DNA of 64,000 nt, taken from assembly GCA_000182565.2 (NCBI GenBank), contig KQ257451.1. The stretch is one strand, 5' to 3'. The notes under the pieces are model-generated. The model was not told the origin of the DNA, did no database searches, and saw nothing but the letters and a program-made list of their open reading frames with translations. Each line of letters opens with the position of its first letter. Position 1 is the first letter of the stretch. This document shows, one piece after another, positions 36,865 to 48,330 of the stretch. This DNA comes from Spizellomyces punctatus DAOM BR117 (Eukaryota). Both the position numbers and the translations under genes were made by a program.

Positions 36865-38920
36865 TCACAGAAGTTCGATGGTCCTCCGTCCCTCACCGTC
36901 CTCCTCTCCCAAGACTATCCCATCTAATGCCGTACCACTGCCAGTAACAGGGTTTACAGAATGTGCCTCGCTGTCCAAACCGTCCACAATCGCCGTTTCT
37001 CCTTTCCCCGTCATGAGGTTTAATCCCATGCCTATGTGCAATCCTAGTGGAAGATGGCTGTTCATAGTCATCGGATGGTGCATTCCTGGTATACCCATGC
37101 CTAGCCCCATCCCTAGCGCGGCGGCCGCGGCAGCCGCATTGCTCGGTGTACTTCCATTTGATGTATTTCCTGCAAGCGCATTGAGATAGTAACTGTGTAG
37201 AAACGATAGTGCGGTCGGATCGGAAGGGGTAACAGCCGCAAGTGCCGCAAGTTGACTTGCTGCTAATGATGTTGGCTTTATCGTCGATGGCGTGCAAGCG
37301 GGAGTATTTGGAGTGCTGTCACTCGTTGTAGGGGATGATATATTACTTGATTGGTGTGGAAGTCCAATAGGACGGTAAGCCCAGGAATTGTAGCCTGGAA
37401 TTGTACCCATTCGGCCGAACTGGGCGCAAAAGGTGCCAATATTGCTCCCCCTTGGATGACGAGAATCGCAAGAGTAAGCCGGCATATTTCGATTGACCAG
37501 CGTTAAAATCTGGTCAACTTACATGTAAACCAATACGTGACTCTCATCTTGTAAGCACTTTTCCCGTCCCGTCGGGGTTGAAAAGGACAACTTTGTGTGA
37601 AACAGACAGTGTGGATAGGCTTGCACCCTGAGAAACCAGGGAGATCCAAAATCAACTTTGAGTAACACCATAGCAGAAGTTATTTCTCCTGTTAAGAACT
37701 TGGATTCGGCGGTAAGAAACCATCTACTTTGCCGGCTGGCCCCATCAGGGTCCGTGCCAAGAGGGGGTGATAGCCATATGTCGCCATGCCACGGTTGTGT
37801 GAGTCCATTAGTAACTTCATCGTAAATGTGACGGGCGACGTGGTTGTCATGCAAGTCGTTCGCAAAGTGGCATGATGCCGGGTCTAGGTCGAAGGTTGAC
37901 TTGTTAATTACATGCTTTCCAGCGGTGATGATCTCTTTTGGTGTGTAGAGTTCATTGTTGAGATCTGTGAATGATATACCAGTTTCTATGATAGAGAGCG
38001 TGATTAGTATGCGCTGCAAGCACGGCCATGACCTTTCTAGTAGCAGGAGTGCTTACCGTATTTAACTGTCATTGCGACCACATGCTCTTCAGTAATTGTT
38101 TGACCGGATTCACACACCTGCTTCCATATAAACCGACGTACTTCCGCGGGAAACTTGTGCAATGATCGGATGTGGGATATGTTGACGGGAACGGGGAGAG
38201 ATGAGTCCTCAACAAGGGACTCGTAGACACTCCTGATGAAAGTGGACAATGATTAGAATAGAAGGGAGGAAATCAATAGCGGGGAGTCATACTTACGCTG
38301 AGCATAAGTATGTATTGGTGGTGCGGCGGCTAAAAGAAAACTTGTTCTTAGCATATGTGTAGATGGACTTTTCCGGAGCTGAAGGAATCGCAATTTAAGT
38401 ACATGGGAACGCAATTATGGCAGACGCGTCAGTTCAAAGTACCGTAGAGCTTCTCTTCATCGATCTCACGCAAGGCGGCAGCTAATAACGAATTGCATCC
38501 CGTCAGATTTAGCTCCAACTGTCCAGACATCCGACTAGAGATGAGGGCCCAAAACCTACCAACGAGAAAGAATTTTCCGGTACCAAGGTGTTCCCTCACG
38601 ACTGCCTCCAGATCTCGTAAGCGCATTCGGCGATGCTCGGTCTCGTCATGATGAATCTTGCGCTTGTTATTGCTGCCGTTGAACCCAGCTGATGTTCTTG
38701 TCCGCTTTCGCGATCGCTGTACTGTTACTATTGGTTGCTGTTCTGGTGGCGGATCGACTGGTGAAGAGCGCCGATGCGAGCGGTAAGGTTCCGGAGACTC
38801 ATACTCGGCAGCGGGTGCAGCCGTTGAAACTTCTAGGGGGGAGTGTTCACCACCGTGAATGCTGTTATATGTCAGTGGTGAATCACTGTCGTAGTCGGTC
38901 ATGGGCGATCCAGAGATCAT
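36865..38920 (-). CDS. Phage-type DNA N6-adenine methyltransferase (Dam-like) homolog fused to a phage-type helical (ParB-associated HTH-like) domain; 6 exons, about 568 aa
   Basis: Exons 38920-38560, 38481-38443, 38378-38297, 38232-38057, 37985-37523, 37450-36865 join in frame (1707 nt) via five GT-AG introns; ELYTPKEII...FDLDPASC...NGLTQPWHGDIWLSPPLG...WF...CLFHTKLSF...VLVYMG; start codon may lie further upstream. Confidence 0.8.
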
Positions 38921-40495
38921 CTTGGCAGGTTCGTGTTGGGCTTGTTTGAACGGCGTCGGGCGAGATCCACCTGTAAGGTATTGTTTTCACAATGAACGCG
39001 CGAATGTCCGCGTACCTACTTGGAACGGCGGAGCCAAAGTAAGTTTGCGCATGCCACATGAACGTCCTCACAGCAGTTTTTTCAGCATACATACCAAAGG
39101 AAATAAAATTGTAGATCAGTTAAAAGGAGAGAACGCTCAATTGCCAACTAGATCTCAGCGTTAAGAGTACCAGAGCGTCAGATCCAATGTAAGTTTGGCA
39201 GTGATAATGATGAGGAGGCAGGACGGGGGAGGGGAAACAAGACAAATAACCAAGCAAACAAAATGTCATGCCCCGGAATGGGCCAAGAAAACCCACGTCC
39301 TTATAAGCGATCGTGTGGGGGGTTTTGATGCGAACGGAGTTGGGATGAAGTAAGCGTTGTTTAGCACGCGGAGTACGCGATGTAAAGCTTACAGAAGCAC
39401 CGACACGACTTTTAACATTTGCCCAGAGTGGCCAGTGTCTTCTTTCGGGATTGGCTGTGAACGCTGTATTTGAGGGTCTTTGTTTGTGTCATTAACGCTA
39501 ACCCCATTTGGGAGATTGGGAACTGTGAAAGGATGCTATATCGACCGGACGACTTTGCGAACATTCTTCAGTGGCATACAAATGCTGCTCCCAAACATAG
39601 ATAGAAACGTTAGTAGTCTTCCTCTTAGTCCTGCCTGCTTTTGTGGCCGTGGCAAATGCAAACGTTTTTCATCGTTTAATTTCCCTCAAATACCGCGAAG
39701 GTCGGCCAACCCTGTACCAAGGCACGGTATGTACCTATCATACTGCCCGTACACAAAGGGACCGCAGAAAGCGGAATACAGTTGAGGACATATGGCGGAA
39801 ATGACATAAAGAAATCTTTACATGAGTCTCATATCAGACTGATTTGAGTTCGCGATTCATCCAGCTCGTTGCAGCCTGCACGAGTCCTGCCGGAATTCAA
39901 AAACTTTTGATTTCTCATAAGATGCCGAACGTGTCAATAAGTTAACGTCGCCGACTATCTATCTGCAATTGCAGGAATTTGCTGGCCACTTTCCAAGTAC
40001 TGCAAAATTGCATTTATGTAACAGCAAATGGCAGTGTGTATCTAGCATATTGTCCCTGTCCTTCAAAAATATCTTTGACCCATGCAGTTGATCCAGTTTG
40101 GATGTGAGTGGTGTATCCAAAGGAGCAGCAGAATCCGAAATCGACGTGACTTGATTGACCGCCAAAAAGTTCTTTGATGCCACTGCCAATTTCAAACAAA
40201 CCCAAGTTACTGGACTTGCTCTGTTCACACTGATTGTGGTCAACAGTATGCGCTTTCACTATATAAATGGACACTTCGAAACTTGTCCCAATGTCTTGAT
40301 ATCTGAAAACTCCGTTAATGTAGACAACTGTTCGCAATACCTTTGCACAGGCAATGCTCGGACGCAGAGTCAAACTCTCCCTGCAACTGTGGTGGCGCAG
40401 CACGTTAGTAAAAGATTACGAGAGCGAACATCCGACAAGATTTATGTCGTCCAAAGCTCCATCACAAGCGTCAACAGCCGCACCGCCCCCAAAGG

Positions 40496-43093
40496 ATGTC
40501 AGCCCCTAAGCCTTCCACCGAAAATGTTATTGTCGTCATTCGTTGCCGGCCCTTTTCAGAAAGAGAACGGCAAGCAGGTCACAAAAAAGTGGTGAAAATT
40601 GATCCCCAAACCGCTTCCATTTCACTCACAAATCCCAAGACCGAATCCGATATCAAGAACTTTACTTTTGATGCGGCCTTTGATGAAGATTCACGACAGG
40701 TGGAAGTGTATGATGCTACTGCGAGAATTATCGTTGATGCGGTTTTGGGTGGTTTCAATGGGACCGTTTTCTGCTATGGTGAGTGTTCCTCAATCTTGAG
40801 TGACCAGCTTTATGCTGACCATGCAAAACATATCTTTCATAGGTCAGACTGGAACTGGAAAGACGTTTTCCATGCAGGGCATAAGTGATGTTCCAGATCT
40901 CCGTGGTATCATCCCCCAAGCCTTCCATCACATCTTTGACCACATCTCGCACCGCTCTACCGAAAAGAAGTTTTTAGTACGCGTATCGTTTCTTGAAATT
41001 TATAACGAAGAAATCAAAGATCTGCTGGTAAAGCAAACCAAGGGACAGAAAGTCAGTGGTTTGGATCTAAAAGAACACCCGGAAACAGGGGTGTACGTAA
41101 AGGACTTGAGCGCTCATGTTGTGAAAAGTGTTCCAGAAATGGAGGATCTCATGACAATTGGAAATAAGAATCGATCTGTAGGCGCAACCTTAATGAACGA
41201 GAATTCATCTCGCTCACATTCAATATTCACGATCACGGTCGAGAGTGCTGAACCGGGAGAGGACGGAAAAGATCGGATTGTGGCTGGCAAGTTACATCTA
41301 GTGGATCTAGCCGGGAGTGAGAGGCAGAGCAAAACTGGAGCGAGTGGGGATAGGTTGAAGGAGGCGACAAAAATTAACTTGAGTTTGAGTGCATTGGGAA
41401 ATTGCATCAGCGCGTTGGTAGATGGAAAGAGCTCCCATGTTCCTTACAGAGATTCGAAACTTACGAGTAAGTCACCGCTGAGGTAGTGTTACGGGTTACA
41501 CGGTATCCTCTAATCGTCTTCCTATTTACAGGACTGCTTCAGGACTCTCTCGGAGGCAACGCTAAAACATTAATGATAGCAACTCTCTCACCCGCTTCAT
41601 ACAACTACGATGAAACTCTCTCAACTCTCCGATACGCCAACCGCGCCAAATCCATCAAGAACAAGCCAAAGATCAATGAAGACCCGAAGGATGCCATGTT
41701 GCGTCAGTACCAGGAGGAAATTGAAAAATTGAAGCTGGCGCTTGCTGCCAGGCAAAAAGGAGCGGGCGCGGAGGGCGCAGGCGTACCTCAAGTTATTACC
41801 AAAATTGTTAAAAAGAGAGTTGTTAAAAAGGTACCCAAGTTAGTGCCCAAAATCAGCGAACGGAAAGGAGTGGATGAATTCGGCAAGCAAGAATCTGACG
41901 CGGTTGGAATGTGATGGGTGGGTAGGGACCAGGGCGTCAAACTGGAATAGGATTATAGACGAGTTCAGATGTATCTTTGCTCATAATCCCCTTTCGAACC
42001 TCGACCCTGAGACCATCACACGCCTCCAAGCTCAGGTTGAAGCAGAAAAACGAGCCCTGCTAGTGTCCAAAGACATTCTCACATCAGAGAAGAATCGCAT
42101 AGCAGCTGAGCTGGAGAAAAGAGCTCAAGAGCTCGAAACAGAGCGCACCATGCGTGAGACACTCTCGCAAAAGCTCAAATCACTAGAAACGCAACTGATC
42201 ATTGGCGGAGGAGACATTGGAGGTTTTCTGCAGCACGTGGAGCACCAAGAGCGGCAACTGGAAGAAACGGCCACCAAGCTTGAACAGCAACTCCATCGTG
42301 AACGGATCCTAGAAGAACAATTGGAGGCTCGGCAAGAAGTTCAACTTCAAATGGAGGAACACTATGCCTCTCTCCAAGAGGAGGTAGACATTAAAACCAA
42401 AAAACTGGCAAAGCTCTTTGCTAAACTTCAGGCGGCAAAGACCGAAATCTCCGACCTAGAAGACGAATTTCGCGCTGAGCGTGAAGATTTTATTGATACC
42501 ATTCGTGAATTATCCCGAGAATTGGGATTAAAAACAGCAATAATCGAAAACTTTGTTCCCGTTGAAGAGAAAATAAAGATCGAGCGACGCGCTATATATG
42601 ACGAGGAGAGCGATGAATGGGTTTTAGAACCGTTCAGAGATCGAAATCTGGATAGGCGAATCCCAAGACCGTGTAGTTTAGGTGCAGGTGTCGTGAAGAG
42701 GCCTCTGTGTAGATATGCGAGAATGATGATCAGTTTAGGCATCGAGAGCATCAGATATCGACCCGATAATATCGTAACATTACCGGTGAGTGAAGAGTCA
42801 TAATAACGGGTCCTTTCTTCTGGGTGAACTCATTGGGCAGCGTTGAATAGCTTGATATGCCAGAACACGCAAGCATCAACAACTCGGTACCTCGCCAACA
42901 TCCCACAGCATCCCAAACGCTGAAAGGTGCCCTCGACTACGTGCTGGCCGCTGACGACGGCGAAGAAATCTTGGTGGCTGATACGGAGGTACCCGACTAT
43001 GGGATACGACAACGAGCGAGGGCTGGTGCATCGATGCATTCCAAGCGCAAGGATGGCAGTGACGGGCGGAGATCGGGAAAGGTGGCAAAATAG
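40496..43093 (+). CDS. KIF3: Kinesin-2 (KIF3A/B-like, anterograde IFT motor subunit); multi-exon, junction near 41880-41960 uncertain
   Basis: [90 protein letters not shown], coiled coil [13 protein letters not shown], tail NIVTLP/LDMPE. Confidence 0.93.
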
Positions 43094-43309
43094 AATTAGT
43101 TACGTGGATGCACAGGGCATGTATTTACTTTTGTTAGAGGGCTGGGCCATGTAAGATGACTTGGACGGTGTTGCCGTCATTGTGCTTAATTGATGTGATA
43201 AATACAAGAAAAGAATCACTAAATTACAACTCCCCACTCACTCTAGATTACCTACAACGATCATTGATTTTGTGCAAGTCCCATATTTTCCCGTCCCCTG
43301 CACTTTAAT

Positions 43310-44328
43310 CTAGTATTTTTCATTCTTCGCAGGCTCACCAGCGGCCGATGGCTCCCCTCCAGGTCTCGTTGTTTCCTTTTTCGCTTCCCTTGTTGCTCTT
43401 GCAGCCTCCTCCCTTTCGTTTCTACGCTTCTTGCGCAGCGAAGCTGCTTCCTTGTCGTCTCGTCTCCGTATTTCCGCAAACTTTGGCTTCAACTTGATCG
43501 TCTGACCTTCGATCACAACTGGCGGCTGCAAATTTGGATTGGTCTTGACCGAGAGTTTCTTCTTGTAAATCGAAGAGTACCATTCATACACGAGTTGATG
43601 CCAGTCCGGCGGAAAAGGAGAAGGAACCTCTACTTGGTCTGGTTGGGGAAGTGGAGTTCGCAGGAAAACTGTAGAACACGTTTGGTAGTCCACTTCGAGA
43701 TACGCGGGCAGGAACATCCAGGGTGCCATATAGTCGACGCGCTTGAAGATTGGTTTGCCAGAGTCGTCCTTGCCGATGGTAGGTACGACATTGTAGTCTA
43801 CAGTTACCATATCGCCATCTTCAAGACTACGGGCAGGGTATGCACACTGTCGGGGAAATTGCCTATGCATAAGCGAGATCTTCCTTAAATACATGCGCAA
43901 TTAAAACTTACCGGCTTTCCGTTGACCTTAACATGTCCTTGAATGACAAAACTCCTTGCCTGCCAAATGCTGCTTGCAAAATGACTTCTAAACACAACCA
44001 CATCTAATCTCCGTTCAGTCTCCGCAAAAGCTAGCGCCTGCACAGGTGGAAGCCGATCTTTTTCTGCCTGTGTCATTTGTTGCAAGGGTAACCGGGCAGA
44101 CCAATGCCGTTGAATTAGCTGTCTTTCCGTAATGTTTGGAACATGATAAGCACGGAGTTCCCGTTTCGCCGTCCATTTCTGTTGAAAGACTGATTTCCGA
44201 GTCAGGTCCTCTGGTGCATTGCGAGTCGCCAAGGCATATAGGTTATATTTGTTCCATGACATGCGGATGAGAGCACGGTTTGGGTCAAAAGGGTCTTTGA
44301 CCTTCCATCTTATAATGCGGCCTGGCAT
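43310..44328 (-). CDS. NAM9: Mitochondrial ribosomal protein uS4m (Nam9-like); 2 exons
   Basis: IRMSWNKYNLY, FQQKWTAKRELRAYH, ERRLDVVVFRSHFASSIWQARSFVIQGHVKVNG (S4 domain), YMAPWMFLPAYLEVDY. Confidence 0.9.
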
Positions 44329-45255
44329 GGTTTTGCTGGTTTATTGGAAGGGCAAAGTCAGCCGGATCAAAGCTCGTCGACCTCTTCGTGAGCGAACTCC
44401 ATGGCAACATACGCTGTGCCACTATGCAGCTGTGCCACTAATGCTTACGTAGGCAGCCGCCCACGCGATCCTACGGATCCGCACCTTCAAGAAGCAACAA
44501 TGCCTTGGAGTTGCGGTAAGAATGACGACGCCTTGGAGCCTGCAGTCGGTGTTCGTAACAAGTAGGAGAGATTCAAAAGTGTCGAACATTGCAAACACCG
44601 TTTCGGAGATACATAGAATGTCCCCTACCCGCCATATGTCGCCCTACTTTCACCAACGTGAACCCCCATTTTTGTCGTGTGTTCGGGTGAGCGTCAACAA
44701 TGCATCGAGAACTGCGCTTTTGTATCTCGTCTCCCTCCTTTGTTGCATAATCTCCAAAAGTGTGTTCTGTTGAATGAGCAAAGCAGCTCCGGGACCTGCG
44801 CATGACAGCATGTGACACGTCGCTTCTGATTGGCTGATGACAATCCTCCCTTTTTTTTTTGTCGTTTCTATTTCTCAAAAGGAGCGTCACGCGCGCCCAT
44901 ACGAGTGGCTTAGTACAGTTGACGGAGGGTATATAAACGAAACGCAGTTTTCTTCCCCTCCCGTTCCTTCCTTCCCTCCTTCCCGTTCCCAGCTTCGCCT
45001 TTGCGTGCTTCACTTCCTACTCAAAAAATTCAAAAAACCCGTGTAGACATTGCACTTTTGCATATCCGTTCTGGAAAAGAGACTCCTTCACTGTGATCAT
45101 CTCTTTTGTTTCAAGCGATCTGCAGAGTCTTTGTCGGTATTTCACATAAAATAAAAAATCACTGTCGCTAGCTGCTGCTTTCGGTTTCGACGAAAACAAA
45201 CAAAAAACCTTCAAAATCACTTTCCGCTTCTCTTTCGCCAAAAACCTTGAAAGAA

Positions 45256-47553
45256 ATGGCTACTACTGCTGCTCCTGCTGCTGTCCCCCCCACCGTCGAC
45301 GGTGCCGCTGATGCTACCGCTGTCACTTCGGCTCCCGTCGAGCAGACGCCCTTGACGGCCGACCCTGCTGCTGCTGCTGCCGCCGCCGCGGCCGCCGCTG
45401 CCGCTGCCGTGCAGTACTCTCAGCCCATGCCGTATCCTGTTCAAGGTGGCTTGCCTATGACTGCTCCACCTACTGCTGCTCCTGCGGGTACTACGAGCGC
45501 CAGCCTTTATGTTGGTGACTTGGGTAAGTTATAATTCCACAAAGACGTTTTCCTTTCTGGATATGCTGTAACTAATAATCTTACCCGTCCCTAGATCCCT
45601 CTGTTACTGAGGCGCAGCTCTTTGAGATGTTCAACGCGCTTGGTCCCGTCGCCTCCATCCGTGTGTGCCGCGACGCCGTGACCCGTCGCAGCTTGGGATA
45701 TGCCTACGTTAACTACCACAATGTTGCTGATGCCGAGCGTGCCTTGGACAACTTGAACTACCAGCCCTTGAAGGACCGTCCTATGCGTATCATGTGGTCG
45801 CAGCGTGATCCGGCTACTCGCAAAGCTGGCGCCGGTAATATCTTCATCAAGAACTTGGACCCTCTGATTGACACTCGCGCCCTGCACGAGACCTTTGCCG
45901 CTTTCGGTCCAATCCTCAGCTGCAAAGTTGCTATGGATGGCGACCAGTCCAAGGGTTACGGTTTTGTCCACTTTGAAGAGGCAGAGTCTGCTGAGCAAGC
46001 AATTAAGCACGTCAATGGAATGTTGTTGAACGACCGCAAAGTGTATGTATTTGCTGTTGATGCTTACTATGCGCTACGAGCTTTTTTCTTATATCGATCA
46101 CAGCTTTGTCGGTTACCACATTCCCAAGAAAGAACGCATGTCGAAGATTGAGGAGATGCGCTCAAAGTTCACTAACATCTACATCAAGAACTTGGACGAA
46201 GCGGTCACTGATGAGGAGTTTAGGGACATGTTTGAGCAGTTCGGAGCTGTCACCTCTGCTGTTGTTTCTCGTGACCCGGATGGCAAATCTCGTGGATTTG
46301 GATTTGTCAACTATGGTAGCCACGACGAAGCTCGCAGGGCTGTTGAGGACATGCATGAAAAGGAAATCAATGGTAAACAGCTCTATGTTGCTCGTGCCCA
46401 GAAGAAAGCTGAACGTGAAGAGGAGCTACGCCGACAGTACGAACGCATTCGCGAGGAGAAGCTGAACAAGTACCAAGGTGTTAACCTGTACGTCAAGAAC
46501 TTGGATGACAGCATTGATGACGAGAAGCTTCGCCAAGAGTTTTCGGTTTATGGGGTCATCACTTCTGCCAAGGTTATGCGTGACGAGAAGACCGGTACTT
46601 CGAAAGGATTTGGTTTTGTGTGCTTCTCCTCACCTGAGGAAGCCACCAAGGCTGTAACCGACATGAACGGCAGGATGATTGCGTCCAAGCCCATCTACGT
46701 AGCTCTTGCCCAGCGTAAGGAGGTTCGTCGCCAGCAGCTCTCGGCCCAAATGCAGCAGCGCCAACAGATCCGCATGCAGCAAGCGGTGGTACCTGGTGTT
46801 CCTGGAGCTTACCCAGGTGCGCCCATCTTCTACCCTCCTGCGGGTATGCCTCCTCAGGCGCAGCGTGCTGGTATGTTCTTCCCTGGACAAATGGCTCCTC
46901 GCCCGCGCTGGGTTGGTCCTGGTCCACAAGGTGCTCCTCAGCCTGGTCAGCCTCCTGTCCCTAGTGGTCCTTACCCTCCTCAGGCTGGTCAAGTTCCTCA
47001 ACAATTTGGCATTCCCATGGCTCAACGTCCTCCTCGCCAGCAGCGTCAGGGTGGTGGACGCGGACAGCCCATGCCCGCACAACCTGGTCAACCTCGTCAA
47101 GGAGCTCCTGCTGTCATCCCCGCTGGACAACCAGGACAACCTGGAGTCGTTCCCCCCAATGCCGGTCGCGGTCGGCCCGCAGGTTACAAATACACGCCCA
47201 ACGCCCGTAACGCTCCCATTCCTGGTCAGCCTGGAGCTCCCGTCCCTGGAATGCCTGGCGCAATCCCCGTTAAGCCTGTTTTGAACTCAAAGACCTTGGC
47301 CGACATGCCCCCAGACCAGCAGAAGCGTATGCTTGGCGAGGCCCTGTTCCCTCTCATTCAGCAGATGACCCCCCAGGCTGGTAAGGTCACTGGCATGCTT
47401 TTGGAGATGGACCAAAGCGAGCTTCTGCACTTGCTTGAGGACACCAAGGCCCTTCAGGGCAAAGTCGGGGAGGCCGTTGAGGTCCTCGAGGAACACATTC
47501 GTCAGCAGCAGCCCACGGACGCAGGTGAACAGCCTGCGGAGGAGAGCCAGTAA
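45256..47553 (+). CDS. PAB1: Cytoplasmic poly(A)-binding protein (4 RRM + PABC/MLLE); 3 exons
   Basis: [67 protein letters not shown]...[12 protein letters not shown]. Confidence 0.98.
45367..45408 (+). repeat. Imperfect (GCN)14 trinucleotide tract encoding poly-Ala in the PAB1 N-terminus
   Basis: gctgctgctgctgccgccgccgcggccgccgctgccgctgcc. Confidence 0.9.
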
Positions 47554-48330
47554 AGCCGAAGATACCCTTCAAGAGGAAATGCAGCGAGTAGCAATTGAGA
47601 ACCCGATGGGTGGACAACTGGAGGTTGCTGTGCAATCGTGTACATAGTTGTGTGCTGCATGTCATCAGGGGGTGTTGTTCTGCGAACGGGAAGGTGGTCA
47701 TTGGAAGGTCGTTTAGTTCTAGTTTGCACACTCCTTTTTTCACCCATCTTTTTTTTATTTTTTCGCGAGTCTTCTTACCCGCGCTTGGTTTTTTCATTGC
47801 ATCATGTTTTTGTTCTTTTGAGTCTTCCTCTGGGTCCCTTTGTTATCTTGTATCTCTGACTGGAGGGTATTTCTGTCTTAGAGTAGGCTATTATCGTGTA
47901 TTTTGTTTTCCGTTTTCGTTAGCAGCAGCGAAAAATATGAGTAGGAGATGAAGCACAATATCGTCTGTCCCTTTTTCAATTGATTTTGGCAATTTTGTCC
48001 TACTTGCAAGTGGGAGGTCGATGGCAGGACACTTCTGGTAGTTGGAGCGCTAAAATCGCAAAGATGCCTAATGAGCCAGCGCTGGTGACTAGTAAGCAAT
48101 AATTGCATGCAAAACTATCCAGTGATGTTTGCAGAGAATAAGGGTGATTACTATCACCAGCAATAAAAGCCTCCAAAAAATACATTTACACCTACAAACT
48201 CAATTAAAAAGTAACAATCAAAGAGCTCCTACACTACATCATACACGAGTGTCATACACTGAACGCAATCTCTCCTGTTCAAAATCCTGTCCATGAATTG
48301 AAAGACAGTCAAAGTGTCACATTCAAACGT

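Noticed and set aside
36865-38920. Dam-like gene as part of a prophage, endogenous virus or bacterial contamination
   Set aside because: Five spliceosomal introns, flanked by MDM35 and KIF3, and no neighbouring viral genes or terminal repeats
39100-40490. Short ORFs and splice-like signals between the Dam-like gene and KIF3
   Set aside because: Could not assemble a coherent reading frame; probably 5' UTR introns and a divergent promoter
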